In this document: piece by piece, positions 1 to 10,459 of the stretch
How the letters are laid out: the number at the start of each line of letters is the position of its first letter
Position numbering within the stretch: position 1 is the first letter of the stretch
From: Candidatus Bathyarchaeota archaeon
GTDB lineage: Archaea; Thermoproteota; Bathyarchaeia; Bathyarchaeales; Bathycorpusculaceae
Direction: 5' to 3'
Assembly (NCBI GenBank): GCA_963767735.1
Contig: CAVYES010000004.1
Span: forward strand, 96,001-160,000
Length of the DNA: 64,000 nucleotides
The notes under the pieces: generated by a model
The model's input: the letters and a program-made list of their open reading frames with translations, nothing else
Told to the model about the DNA's origin: nothing
Databases searched by the model: none
Translations under genes and position numbers: made by a program

Positions 1-194
1 GAAAACTGCTAAACGCGGAAGATACCACAACCCCAACATTAGGGCAAAAGACATCGTTGAAGGAAATAACGGAACAACAAACGTTTGACAAAAAGTTGTG
101 GTGGGGCTGCTCAGCCCTCAGCAATTATGACACCTTTCTAATCCTTCTTCATCTGTCAGCCTCCATTAAAACAACGGACAAACCTATCAATTGA

Positions 195-356
195 GACTAT
201 ACTGCGCTTTCACAATACATGCGCTGCTCTGCATGATCACCATGCTTCTGACGATAGTGATAGCTTAAGGTCGAACAGACCCAAAAAGCGAGATCAATCG
301 TGATGGCGGCAAAATAGCAAAAACTAACACAAAATAGTAGAATTAGCAACAAGCTG
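195..356 (+). mobile_element. Degenerate 3' end of an IS (DDE transposase remnant plus terminal inverted repeat)
   Basis: Broken frames read FTIHALLCMITMLLTIVIA.. and LRSNRPK..ARSIVMAAK*, resembling IS4/IS5-like transposase C-termini. Followed by AATTAGCAACAAGCTG (341-356, similar to the other IR copies) and then GCGCGC. Confidence 0.55.
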
Positions 357-391
357 GCGCGCTAAGTTATTTGTCATGGCACGATTAAATT

Positions 392-652
392 CTACCCTTT
401 CTTGTCTAAGGTATAATGCCCGTAAATTATTCGTTTAATAACTCGTTCAGGCAGAATTATAGTCGTTTCTTCTATTTCTGAAGTCTTTGTTTCCCCCATG
501 CTTTTTGAAATAACTTCGTCTGGGTCAAATTTCACAAAGGAACCAACAATCTCAACATTTTTTGTTATGTACTTTACATCATCTAGTTCAGAGTTGGTTT
601 GAATCTGGTACCAATCGGCTTTCCATTTTTTTTCTTTAGACAAACGGTTCAC
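392..652 (-). CDS. Hypothetical protein (86 aa)
   Basis: Open ORF with protein-like composition; no recognised motif. Confidence 0.6.
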   Translation of the reverse strand: MNRLSKEKKWKADWYQIQTNSELDDVKYITKNVEIVGSFVKFDPDEVISKSMGETKTSEIEETTIILPERVIKRIIYGHYTLDKKG

Positions 653-784
653 CTAACTTTTTTATAACCCCAAAATTAACAATCTTTGCCATCGCTTATG
701 AAGTTAACCGAACTGGCTTTTAACATGTTTGGCAATTTCCGAGCATGTTGGTATCTTGTGGGTACACTACAAGCTAATACAAGT

Positions 785-970
785 CTATTCTAGATAATTG
801 TCAGCAACAGCTTCTAGTAGGTCAAACATCATATGTGATGCGTTATCTTTTGCTTGAAAACAAAAATGATAACCTTTGTAAATATCCTTAGCTCTTTTAA
901 CTTTATATTTTTCAAAAATTTTGTTCATTGCTTCAAAGTATGCTTTTCCTGAAATCCTTTTCGTCTTCAA
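785..970 (-). CDS. Hypothetical protein (61 aa)
   Basis: Short ORF; no motif. Confidence 0.45.
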   Translation of the reverse strand: MKTKRISGKAYFEAMNKIFEKYKVKRAKDIYKGYHFCFQAKDNASHMMFDLLEAVADNYLE

Positions 971-1308
971 CAGTAATGGCAGTACCTAGAAAAGCCTCAA
1001 AAACTTTATCAGGGCTTTCTATTAGTTCTCTTTTAAACAAAACAGAATCGAAATCTACGACAGAACTTCCCAAATACAGTTTACTTCTTGGCGACAATAT
1101 TTAACGAGAGTGGTTTTAAGCGTTTGCACTAGAGAATAAGCTGAAAAACTCAAATCAAGTCATGACAAATAACTTAACAGTATCCCGAGTTATACCATAA
1201 TTAAAACCTGACAGATTTAGTCAATTTTCTTCAATCTGGTTAAAAATTAAAAACAACGGTTCTTCTATATTACTCAAAAACCTTATAACGCTAAGACCGC
1301 TCTTTTGG

Positions 1309-2232
1309 TTGAAAAAGGCGTATTTAATGAAACTTGGTGCATTTACTTTCCAACCTGAAAAAGCGCAGGGATTTGATTTCCAAGTTTTACGCGTTAAAAC
1401 AGAAATGGGCACACGGATTTCGCCTGTGCAAGACATGTACAGTAATGTCGCTGTTTTCGCAGACAACGTTGCCGTACGCAATCACTCCGACTGGATATCT
1501 CAGTCTCCATTGGGACCGGCGAAAATGGGAAACAACAATTTCAATATATACTGGGACATTGTCTGCGCCACTCAGCCAGAACATAGAGCTGAACAATTAA
1601 ACTACATGACAGACGTCGATGATCACTCGCTTGGCGTGTGGTTAAATAGCCAATATTTTGCGGAGCAAGGACACTGCATTTGCCCACGCTGCAACGAGCT
1701 GTGGAAGAAAAGTGGTTTAAGTTGGCTTGAATGGCGCAGAAAAGAAGTTACCGAGTACATTGCTCAAGTTCGAGAGAAAGTCAAGAAAGAACTCGTTCTA
1801 TGTATTCAGCCCGACCCTGTAAGCTCTTTAGAGCGTTACGGAGTAGACTTTGACCAACTTGCAAAGTACACTGATACCTTCAACGTCGTGATGTTCAGCA
1901 AAAACTATGCCACCCCATGGTACTGGGAAATGCTTACCCGCGCCTTCAAAAAACTACTAAAAAAACCATTCTACATAAGCTTCTACGTTTACGGGCCAGG
2001 CGACAACCCAAACGACGTCCCATCCGCCCAAGAATTGCTCACCGTTAGTGTTCGCTGCGCAAGAGCAGGCGCCGATGGATTCCTATACCTAACTGATGGA
2101 GCCAGCCAAATCCGAGCCTTCCAGAAAACGGCTGTTGAAATGGTTGAGCTTAGAAAAAAGCTAAGAACTTATGGCGGCCAGCCAGTGCAAGAATTCCTGG
2201 ATCACGTTGAAAGCTGGAGTAAAATCGTGTAG
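1309..2232 (+). CDS. Uncharacterised glycoside-hydrolase-like TIM-barrel protein with CxCxxC motif (likely start ATG 1327)
   Basis: 307 aa ORF; HCICPRC, W..WRR..VT and YGVDF..LAKY.D patterns are typical of GHL-type barrels. Confidence 0.6.
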   Translation: MKKAYLMKLGAFTFQPEKAQGFDFQVLRVKTEMGTRISPVQDMYSNVAVFADNVAVRNHSDWISQSPLGPAKMGNNNFNIYWDIVCATQPEHRAEQLNYMTDVDDHSLGVWLNSQYFAEQGHCICPRCNELWKKSGLSWLEWRRKEVTEYIAQVREKVKKELVLCIQPDPVSSLERYGVDFDQLAKYTDTFNVVMFSKNYATPWYWEMLTRAFKKLLKKPFYISFYVYGPGDNPNDVPSAQELLTVSVRCARAGADGFLYLTDGASQIRAFQKTAVEMVELRKKLRTYGGQPVQEFLDHVESWSKIV

Positions 2233-2354
2233 TTTTAAACTTTGTTCTCTTTTTAAGAGTGCTTTTTTTGACTTGCCGTTTTTTTTGGATTCTTGTAGGC
2301 GTTACGTTTTTATCGCATCGTTCTTTTGACTATGATTGTCTGGAGCCACGCTAG

Positions 2355-2942
2355 TTGGATTTCATCACAGATTTAAGCAGAGCCGCCATAGCGCTATTCA
2401 TCATAGTGGATCCGTTCGGTAACATTCCAATTTTCGAGGGATTAACTACAGACATTCCACAGGATCAAAGACAAAAAGTCTATAACACCGCGACTCTCAT
2501 TGGCTTTGCTCTGCTTCTTATTTTCGCATTCACTGGACAAGAAATCTTTTCACTTTTCGGATTATCGATTTACAGTTTCGAAGTTGCCGGAGGCATCCTG
2601 CTATTAATTGTTGCAATTAGAATCTTGATTACAGGGGGCATGCATGAGAACGTTGAATCTCCGGAAAGCTTAGGTGCCGTTCCCATTGCAATCCCTCTTC
2701 TCGTGGGGCCTGGAGCAATCACCACTACTATTTTGGACCTTCAAAATTACGGTATTGTGATAGCGCTTTTGGCAGTTTTGATTGTGTTATCCTTGACATG
2801 GGTTATTCTTAGGTACATTAACGGAATTTACAAGTTTTTAGGCAAAACAGGCGCCCTAGTTATAGCAAGAGTTATGGCATTACTTATCGCCGCCATTGCA
2901 GTGCAATACATTTTAACAGGCGTCACTCATTTTGTAATTTAA
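2355..2942 (+). CDS. marC: MarC family integral membrane protein
   Basis: LFIIVDPFGNIP, AGGILL, VPIAIPLLVGPGAITT and RVMALLIAAIAVQ motifs. Confidence 0.92.
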   Translation: MDFITDLSRAAIALFIIVDPFGNIPIFEGLTTDIPQDQRQKVYNTATLIGFALLLIFAFTGQEIFSLFGLSIYSFEVAGGILLLIVAIRILITGGMHENVESPESLGAVPIAIPLLVGPGAITTTILDLQNYGIVIALLAVLIVLSLTWVILRYINGIYKFLGKTGALVIARVMALLIAAIAVQYILTGVTHFVI

Positions 2943-3126
2943 CCAAACTCATTCATTAAACATGCATTTCATTAAACAATTTTATAAAAAAAGTTTTTAT
3001 TTATTTTTTATTGAATAACATTTTGGAAGGAAAACGAACATTAGAGCCATCTCTTGATAGATACCAAAAGGCTTATTTTGTAATTCGAACGTATCTTTAA
3101 CGGTAAATTTTTTTAAAAACGGTGAA

Positions 3127-3900
3127 TTGATGAAAAATTTAAAATATTCTAAATTTTTAGCTTTGATTGTCTTGGTGTCAGTTCTCTTACTGGCAGCTGT
3201 AAATCTGAATATACCCAGCGTTAAAGCGCAGACAACGGAAAGTGTTTACGTTTATACGTCTTGCGGTGGAACAATTTCAGCAAACGGAGCAAGTCTAACC
3301 GGTGGATCTACCTACAATTATACTAGCGGTGCCTCTGTTACCTTCACAGCAACCCCCACTAGCGGCTGCAAACTCTTGTACTGGGAGTATGCGTCAAAGT
3401 CAGCAACCGGTACTTCCACTAATAACCCGTTCGTATTCACTATTCCCTCAATCGCAAGCGCAATACAGGCTATGTTCATTCCAACCGTGAACTCTTCAGT
3501 AGCCTCCAGCTCTAGCCAAACTGGCACAGCACCCTTTGATGTCCTAATCTCAATAGGCGGAACAACAACTCCAGCAGCAGCAATATATAGTAACTATACT
3601 ATCGGTTCTGTTATTAACTTCGCAGCCACCGCCGGAAACGGCTTTAAATTTATGTACTGGTTAGTTCCCGCTGCAACAGGAAATCAAGTCAGCATTTTAA
3701 CTTCCAATACATTTGCATTCAAAGTTACTGCAAACGCATGCGCAGTACAGGCTTATTTTGAACCAACCACTAGCAACATCACACTGCCGACAATAACCAC
3801 AGTAAATGAGTTTTCATCAGCAACTGCAATCATCACAGCCCTGGTACTGGTCATAGTTGCATTTGGAACTTATGCGTACAGCAGGAAAACCAAGAAGTAA
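3127..3900 (+). CDS. Secreted surface protein with two InlB-B-like repeats and a PEF-CTERM-like C-terminal anchor
   Basis: Signal peptide; two FTAT/FAAT...F/L.YW...AxF repeats; VNEF + TM helix + RKTKK tail. Confidence 0.75.
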   Translation: MMKNLKYSKFLALIVLVSVLLLAAVNLNIPSVKAQTTESVYVYTSCGGTISANGASLTGGSTYNYTSGASVTFTATPTSGCKLLYWEYASKSATGTSTNNPFVFTIPSIASAIQAMFIPTVNSSVASSSSQTGTAPFDVLISIGGTTTPAAAIYSNYTIGSVINFAATAGNGFKFMYWLVPAATGNQVSILTSNTFAFKVTANACAVQAYFEPTTSNITLPTITTVNEFSSATAIITALVLVIVAFGTYAYSRKTKK

Positions 3901-4043
3901 AATCTCAAAACCACTTTTTTATATTTTCTTAATCTTTTGAGTACGGCAAAACCGCAGCCATCTTCTCTAGCCCTTTTTGCTCAGCTAACATCACATTTTT
4001 TAGAAACGAGCACCCTTAACCAAGTTGTTACTAGGTGTTTGAT

Positions 4044-4325
4044 ATGGAAAAATCTGTTCAGAAATATTTGTTGATGATTAAGTTAAGTCCCAACATGGCT
4101 GCAAAACTTTATGAGCCTTTGATAGAATTTCCCGAAGAACCTATGGAAGGCGTAAAACTTGAGGAAGCATTTCAAGTTTTTGGTCAATGGGATTTTGCAG
4201 TTTTATTTCAAGCAGACACCAACACGAACGCCCTACATTTCGTCGGGGATAAAATCCGCTTAATTGAGGGCATCATTGAAACTTCCACCATACCGCTGGC
4301 TCCGATAAAGGACTACCGCAAATAA
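4044..4325 (+). CDS. GYD / Lrp-AsnC ligand-binding-like small protein
   Basis: VFGQWDFAVLFQA and IRLIEGIIETST patterns. Confidence 0.65.
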   Translation: MEKSVQKYLLMIKLSPNMAAKLYEPLIEFPEEPMEGVKLEEAFQVFGQWDFAVLFQADTNTNALHFVGDKIRLIEGIIETSTIPLAPIKDYRK

Positions 4326-4558
4326 TAGTTTTTTTAACATCTTTTTCGCAGAGACTCGCGCTTATTTTGTAGAATTCGTAGTTTATCCCTTTGAGACCTG
4401 CACCTCAAACGACTTGTTGCGAAGTCGCGTTTTTTCTGGACGATTAATTAACGCTCTGTAAGTCGTATTTTTGTTGTGCAATTTTTTGATGTGGATTGGG
4501 GGTTAGCAAGCTTTAATAATGATATATTAAGTGTTGATATTCAATACTGTTAGGTGTG

Positions 4559-4711
4559 TTGCGACAGTTGCCTGAAACCAAAGTTCACCCATTAAACTCA
4601 ACTCAAATTAACAACAAAAGTTCTTCTTCAAATAAAGAAACAACACCAAAACCAAGACAACTTCAGCTCTACCATCGCAAAAAACCTCGGGAGCGTGTTA
4701 GATTTGGCTAG
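4559..4711 (+). CDS. Possible small protein (50 aa, below ORF-track cutoff)
   Basis: TTG start after AGGTG; MRQLPETKVHP...RERVRFG*; overlaps the start of the next gene. Confidence 0.35.
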   Translation: MRQLPETKVHPLNSTQINNKSSSSNKETTPKPRQLQLYHRKKPRERVRFG

Positions 4712-4964
4712 AGTCAAACCGAATGAACACATGTTCGGATTACGTCTGACCTTTCACTGCATAGGCATCAGCTGCTTAGCAGGAGCAGTGTTTCTACAAG
4801 TTTTGGTGTTCATGAACATCGCCTCTCAAGGCTTCTTCATGGGCGTAGAAAAAAATCCATTCATATTAAACTCAGAAATAGGACTCACCATCTTCTGCGT
4901 CGTTTACCTACTATACCTATCTATAACAAAAATAACCTCATTTCTAAATCCGCGAACCAACTAA
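4695..4964 (+). CDS. Small two-TM membrane protein
   Basis: Two hydrophobic helices. Confidence 0.7.
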   Translation: MLDLARVKPNEHMFGLRLTFHCIGISCLAGAVFLQVLVFMNIASQGFFMGVEKNPFILNSEIGLTIFCVVYLLYLSITKITSFLNPRTN

Positions 4965-5075
4965 AAGAACCCACAACCTTTTTCCTTCAGCAACTCCTAC
5001 CCAACGCCTAAGTCAACAAAAACAGCAAATACTGCCTTATCGTTTTCAGTCCATTAACTGGTGCATAAAGCGTGC

Positions 5076-5338
5076 TGGCTTGTCCCGAAATTAGGCGTTT
5101 TGACTAACTGTATATGTCTTTGTTGTTCTCGAAGCTACGCCATCAGCATTGTCATCGGACGGAACCAGCTTTTCGATTACGTGGGGCAGATCTTAAGGCT
5201 AATCCACTGAAATTTAGCGAGCAAGCATTCCTTTTTTTAGTTATTTGCGGCTCACCTCCTAAGCGCGGCGCGGAGGTAACTCATTTGAAATGAGGCCCAA
5301 CCAAAAAATAAAAATTAAATTAATTTAGGGACAAACCA
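5076..5338. mobile_element. MITE / internally deleted IS (about 263 bp)
   Basis: Terminal inverted repeats TGGCTTGTCCCGAAATTA (5076-5093) and TAATTTAGGGACAAACCA (5321-5338). The right about 90 bp resembles 36580-36662. Confidence 0.7.
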
Positions 5339-5362
5339 ACGCTCTAACTCAATGGGTTGTCT

Positions 5363-5680
5363 CTAAAGCCAGAGCGAGGGCTTTTGACGGGGTTCCGTCA
5401 CGTCGGTCACGTCGGCATCTATCATGTCCGCAGCTCGTTGTAAGACTTGCTTAGTTAGTTCCATGCATATGGTTGGCGTTTTTAAGTGAGCCACTGTCAT
5501 GTCAGCATTCGGTTGCTTTTTGTGTATGCTTACATGATTGTCAATGGCTTCAATCATTTCCTGCAAAGTTGGGGACATAGGGATTTTTTCACCGCATTCT
5601 GGACAACTTATGTATTTGATTTGGGGGTTTTCAGTGACGTTTTCTTTGGATTTTTCATTATTTTCTAAATTAGTTATCAT
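5363..5680 (-). CDS. Small putative Zn-binding protein, CxxCG...NH-x3-H family (paralog 1)
   Basis: CPECGEKIPMSPTLQEMIEAIDNHVSIH. Confidence 0.85.
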   Translation of the reverse strand: MITNLENNEKSKENVTENPQIKYISCPECGEKIPMSPTLQEMIEAIDNHVSIHKKQPNADMTVAHLKTPTICMELTKQVLQRAADMIDADVTDVTEPRQKPSLWL

Positions 5681-5953
5681 ACTCAGACGCCTTGTACGTA
5701 AGGTGACTAAATGAGAGGATAAACGCTTATAACATGCTCATATAGTGGAGCAGATTATCTTGACTGCTGTTTTTCCATTTCAGTTTCAGTGGTAGTGCAC
5801 TTATATGATGTATCTTGAGTCTGGAATCACAATAGTTTGCGTGTTTCATGCTAAAAAAAGACAACAGTTTTTAATCGTCATTTTATGGAAAAATGAGAAC
5901 TGCACAACAATTTTTGCTTTATGTTTGAACCATTAGAGAAATTTTAGGCGACT

Positions 5954-6253
5954 TCAAATTTGCTGAAGAATCTGATTCGCTAAAGCCAGACGAATATTAA
6001 TTGGTTTAGTATACTTCAGAAGAAGATTGGACTCTATTTCATCCTTATGAAGCTGGATATGATTCTCGATTGCCTCATTCATCTGTCTCAAAGTAGGTGT
6101 TATAAGAATTTCCTCACCACATTGAGGGCATCTAATCAATCCCTTTTTGACCTGACAACGATTTAGGCCAACCACCTTTGCCTTCAGTTTTCCTGATTTT
6201 TCACCATCTTCTTCAAAGATTCCTGTAGCCATAATCACCTTCTCCTTTTCCAC
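5954..6253 (-). CDS. Small putative Zn-binding protein (paralog 2)
   Basis: CPQCGEEILITPTLRQMNEAIENHIQLH. Confidence 0.85.
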   Translation of the reverse strand: MEKEKVIMATGIFEEDGEKSGKLKAKVVGLNRCQVKKGLIRCPQCGEEILITPTLRQMNEAIENHIQLHKDEIESNLLLKYTKPINIRLALANQILQQI

Positions 6254-6482
6254 TCAGCACACAAATTTTAACTCTGAATGTAATTCAAACTTAACGAAAC
6301 ACTTTATAAAAATTTATGACATGCCGGTATAGTCAAGAAAGCTTGTCTTTTTAAAGGAACAGTTGATGGGAATTTTATATTTTTTCGAAATAAAATATCC
6401 CGATTAAGTCTGGATTTGTAAATAACCATTTATAGTTCGGGTGCATGGTACGAGGAATACACTTTGAAAAGGTTGGATAGCA

Positions 6483-6722
6483 GTGGATGTTCATATTTCT
6501 GAGTCGAAATATAAATGCAAAGCTCGGTTACCCGTAATTAGATGTTCTTGCGGGGCTGAAATTTTGTTAGTTCCCAATGTTAAAAAGATGGGCGAAACAA
6601 TTGAAAATCATGCTGATTCGCACAAGCAAAAAGTAAAAGACCCTGAGGAAGCGGAAGCAGAAGCAGAAAGAGTACGTAATGATTTAATTGTAAAGATATT
6701 GGAAAAAGCATGTAATTCTTGA
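6483..6722 (+). CDS. Small putative Zn-binding protein (paralog 3)
   Basis: CSCGAEILLVPNVKKMGETIENHADSH. Confidence 0.85.
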   Translation: MDVHISESKYKCKARLPVIRCSCGAEILLVPNVKKMGETIENHADSHKQKVKDPEEAEAEAERVRNDLIVKILEKACNS

Positions 6723-6734
6723 TAGCTTATTAGC

Positions 6735-7307
6735 TTAAAAGTGGGAATTACCCAATGAACCTTCCATGATGTTTTGTTCAGCTATGTCTAACTGCAGAGA
6801 CAACCATTTTTTAAGAATTATTGAGAAATCAGGAGCGCCCTCATATATGATTAATTGGTTTCCCCTAAGGGCGTCAACTTGGAAAACCTTCGCAGTCTCT
6901 TTATATCTAAAAAATAGCATTTGCGCATGCATTGCTAAGACCTGAAAATCTGCCCACTGTTTACAACGCAAAATCACGGAAGGCTCACCTCGAACAACTG
7001 TTGGCGATACGGCAGGGGCTTCCTGAACCTGAGGCTCCTGTTCCTTCATCGAAGCTGGTAAGTCTTTTTTAGGTGAGTTCAGCAGGAAGCCAATTAGGCT
7101 TGTTACTTCTTTTTGCAGGTTATTTATTTTTTCATCAACCTCTTCCACCTTAACTTTTAATCCGTTCGTTGTGTTACCTATGATCTTGGCAACCGTCGCC
7201 AACTCTCCAGTCGACTGGTCCAAATTTTGTTCATGGATCTTTAGAACGTTAATTAAGAAATCAAAAGCCTTTACGGAATCATCTTTCGAATCTGGGTTCT
7301 CCACCAT
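6735..7307 (-). CDS. Hypothetical protein with N-terminal coiled coil
   Basis: 190 aa ORF; heptad-like N-terminal half. Confidence 0.75.
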   Translation of the reverse strand: MVENPDSKDDSVKAFDFLINVLKIHEQNLDQSTGELATVAKIIGNTTNGLKVKVEEVDEKINNLQKEVTSLIGFLLNSPKKDLPASMKEQEPQVQEAPAVSPTVVRGEPSVILRCKQWADFQVLAMHAQMLFFRYKETAKVFQVDALRGNQLIIYEGAPDFSIILKKWLSLQLDIAEQNIMEGSLGNSHF

Positions 7308-7752
7308 ATCTTCCGTTTCCCAGATAAATCTTGGATAATTTGCTTTTTAAGGCGTATTTCGATGCTGGATTATTCTGTTTCCTGAAACCCCCTTCTCAAC
7401 TTCACAACAGAATCGCCGACGACTATCTACGTGGCTGAACATTGCTCAAGATGTGAATAAAAAGTTCGGGATAACAAGTGGCTCCTGCATTTAATATGGA
7501 AAAATCTCAAATCATGAACGGTAAAAACTGTGCGCGTGTGTGTTCCTAAATTCGTAATTAGTTGAGTCATGTGCCTCTCTTGGAGTGAGCAATGAAGAGA
7601 CAGAGGCTTTAGCACCAGGTTGAACGATATTTTTATAATAAGTTGCGATTTCAGATGGCTTTTTGTGTTATGCGTTGTATTTTAATTTGTGGTATGGAGC
7701 CCGTGCAGATTATTCATATATAGCGGGCGCCTTTTGTTCTCTGGTGTTACAA

Positions 7753-8109
7753 ATGAACTCAGAACAAATAAATAGTCTCTTTAAAGTAATTGATGAGATG
7801 GATTGTGAAAAGTTCGCTGCATTCTTAGATGAAAATGGTGAATTTAAGTTTGGGAACGCCTCAACTGTAAAAGGAAGAGCTGAAATAAAAAAGGCCGTTT
7901 CTCAGTTCTTCAATAGCATTCATGGATTGCAACATAACATTAAACAAATTTGGAGCGTTGACAGTTGTGTTATTGTAAACGGAGAAGTCACCTACACAAG
8001 GAAAAACAAAACACAAATCACTATTCCTTTCATGAACCTTTTAGAAATGAATAACGGTTTAATTAAAAATTATCAGATATTCATTGACATTAGTCCATTA
8101 TTTGCCTAG
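7753..8109 (+). CDS. SnoaL/NTF2-like protein
   Basis: FAAFLDENGEFKFGNA..VKGRAEI and GLIKNYQIFID motifs; ATG 7753 follows GGTG. Confidence 0.85.
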   Translation: MNSEQINSLFKVIDEMDCEKFAAFLDENGEFKFGNASTVKGRAEIKKAVSQFFNSIHGLQHNIKQIWSVDSCVIVNGEVTYTRKNKTQITIPFMNLLEMNNGLIKNYQIFIDISPLFA

Positions 8110-8146
8110 CGCGCGATTGTGTGAAAATGACTTACATGTTTTTAGA

Positions 8147-9043
8147 TTAGACAACGGCTTGTTTTCCACCTCTGGTGAGGAAGCGCCAGACTAAAAGAGC
8201 TTCTACAAGCAAGATTAAAGCAGCAATGCCAATGAAAGCTATGTTCACAGGAAGCCGATAACCGGACAAGTTTTCTATTGACAGCACTGCGGATGAGACA
8301 AACAAACTCGCTGCAACTGCAAACGGAACTCCGAACACACGCCAAGATTTGCCTTTCAACCTGAGCCAACCGCCAGCGTAAGTCACCACAATCGCAGCAA
8401 AAAGGCTCAAAACAGGGTAGAAGGCACCCGAAGACAGGAAATCTTTGGCCTGAATTGTAAAACTCCGGTTAAGGAATGAATACAGGATTAGCAAAGATAA
8501 CGAGCCCACGAAGAACCAGTTGTCAACAATCTGTCCGTTCAAAGCAGGTCCGTAGGTTCTCCGCCAAGGAACGGGTTTTGACTCTCGCAAATCTGGATCT
8601 GAGAGCTCGGTCAATTCTGCGGTATCTTCGTTTAGAAAATACACTCTGTCGGGAACTTTCTGATCTAGCAATTCAAGTTGGCATTCTTCACCCTTTTGTG
8701 TCGCAGCAAGAGCGTAACGGCCCCTTTTTACAAGTCTGGAAAATGGGAAGAGCCACTCGACTCCTCTGTCCTTTTCGGTTGTTAGAGCATCCAAAAAACT
8801 GTGAAGGAAAGCGCCTAGAGCAAGCCATTGATTAATAAAGAAAAGCGCAGCAAAAAATAATAGGTTATGGAAAAGCGAACGATGCCATTCTTCTTCTGTG
8901 AAGGTTTTTCGCCCGCCCAACAAGTACTCTCTATCAAGATCAGGTATTAAGGCGCCCACGGAGGCAAGAATAGCAAAATAAGGATTACCCGTTAACACTC
9001 CAGTAATCATAGCGCTAAAGAACACATGCGTTTGAAGATTCAA
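8147..9043 (-). CDS. Membrane-bound metal-dependent hydrolase (YdjM/DUF457-like)
   Basis: N-terminal TH, GALIPDLD, HRSLFH, HSFLDALT and GVEWLFPF motifs. Confidence 0.85.
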   Translation of the reverse strand: MNLQTHVFFSAMITGVLTGNPYFAILASVGALIPDLDREYLLGGRKTFTEEEWHRSLFHNLLFFAALFFINQWLALGAFLHSFLDALTTEKDRGVEWLFPFSRLVKRGRYALAATQKGEECQLELLDQKVPDRVYFLNEDTAELTELSDPDLRESKPVPWRRTYGPALNGQIVDNWFFVGSLSLLILYSFLNRSFTIQAKDFLSSGAFYPVLSLFAAIVVTYAGGWLRLKGKSWRVFGVPFAVAASLFVSSAVLSIENLSGYRLPVNIAFIGIAALILLVEALLVWRFLTRGGKQAVV

Positions 9044-9369
9044 ACTCGGTCAACTAATAATAGCCTAAATTGAAATAAGAGGTTTACTCATGCGCCAATT
9101 CAAGTTTCTAACGATACTTCAAGAGTCGAGTTAAAAGATAAAATACGGCACATGAAATTTTGCTAGGGCAAAAGTGCACTAAAGCAGATTTACCTGTTGC
9201 TAACAAAAAAGCGGCTGATTAGGTTGGGTTTCGAGTCGCCTCTTCACGTTTACGTTAAAAAAGCCCAATTAGAATGAATATATTCTGCTTGACCAAGTTG
9301 TTACCCTGGTCCTTTTGTAATTTGTGGAAGTCTGTTTCCTGTTTACAGCACGTTGCCACCGACACATGA

Positions 9370-9669
9370 TTATTTGACATTGATGGTTTTTGTTTTACTT
9401 GTCACTATTAGCACCTGCTCAGCCAGATACTGCTCCAATAACTCAGGTGACAAAATATTTTCTGAGCTTTTACTTTCGGCCTCGTGTTCGGCTACGTGGT
9501 TTTTTATTGCTTGGTCCATGGCTTTCAAATCTGGAGTCACTAAAATTTCGGTGCCGCAACGACATTTAATGGCCGGCATGCTTTTTTCATGAGCAAAGGA
9601 TTGGCCGTTGTGCTCTTGCTCAGAGTTAAGATTAGCTTCTTGAACGCTTTTTTTGTCCATAACATTCAT
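9370..9669 (-). CDS. Small putative Zn-binding protein (paralog 4)
   Basis: CRCGTEILVTPDLKAMDQAIKNHVAEH. Confidence 0.85.
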   Translation of the reverse strand: MNVMDKKSVQEANLNSEQEHNGQSFAHEKSMPAIKCRCGTEILVTPDLKAMDQAIKNHVAEHEAESKSSENILSPELLEQYLAEQVLIVTSKTKTINVK

Positions 9670-10023
9670 CCTAAAATGTCAACTTTTAATTTTGATAGAA
9701 TAAGCTAGGTTTTAGCTACCGCAGCAACTTATAAGAGTTTGTTGTAGGCTTGACACAGTCACAAACACGCCGTATTTGCTAATAATTCTCTCAATTTAAA
9801 AGGCTTTAAATTCATTTTTGTGTCTAAATGCACAGTTTTGTTCAGAAAAAGTGTAATTATTTGAATTAGGTAACAGCAAAATGCGCAAGGCTTATAAATA
9901 CTTTGACACTACTTTGAAGCAGGCAAGCTTGAGGTTTGAACTTCCCTATGGCGGGTGTTGCCCAGAAAGCCACCAGATACCCCAATAATGCCCGAATTAA
10001 AAATTGATGAATAGAGAGAAGGC

Positions 10024-10323
10024 ATGCGGATGAGACGATCAAAACTTGAAACGTATGTTGCTATCCTTAACGTGTTGGCGCATAGAGGTCCTTTGAAGCT
10101 AACTCACATCACATACAAAGCTAACGTCAACTGCAGCGTACTCAAAGATTTTATGGATTTTCTGGTTAAAAATGACCTAGTAGAAAAACGGTTAGTGAAA
10201 AGGAGCCATGCGGTTTTTGCAATCACGCAACGCGGCGTCAACGTGTTGAAGTACTTCCGAGAACTTACACAAGTATTGCCAATCGTGGAGGAAGCCCGAA
10301 GTCAAACAAGTAGAGCATCATAA
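10024..10323 (+). CDS. Winged-HTH transcriptional regulator (ArsR-like, HTH_45 type)
   Basis: RRSKLE..IL..L, THITYKANVN and ITQRG motifs; TTATAAATA box at about 9892. Confidence 0.9.
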   Translation: MRMRRSKLETYVAILNVLAHRGPLKLTHITYKANVNCSVLKDFMDFLVKNDLVEKRLVKRSHAVFAITQRGVNVLKYFRELTQVLPIVEEARSQTSRAS

Positions 10324-10459
10324 AATTACTGAATCGCTCGAATTGAAATCTATCTATTACTATAATGTGCATTAAAATGTTCTCCCTCTGGAATCGATAG
10401 TCAAGTGCACTCATTAACTTTTAATAAAAGATAAGTTGATGCACGCTTAACGCCTACGA

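Noticed and set aside
1309-8109. Genome-wide amber (Pyl) recoding
   Set aside because: Well-formed genes such as 1309-2232 and 7753-8109 end at TAG at their expected lengths.
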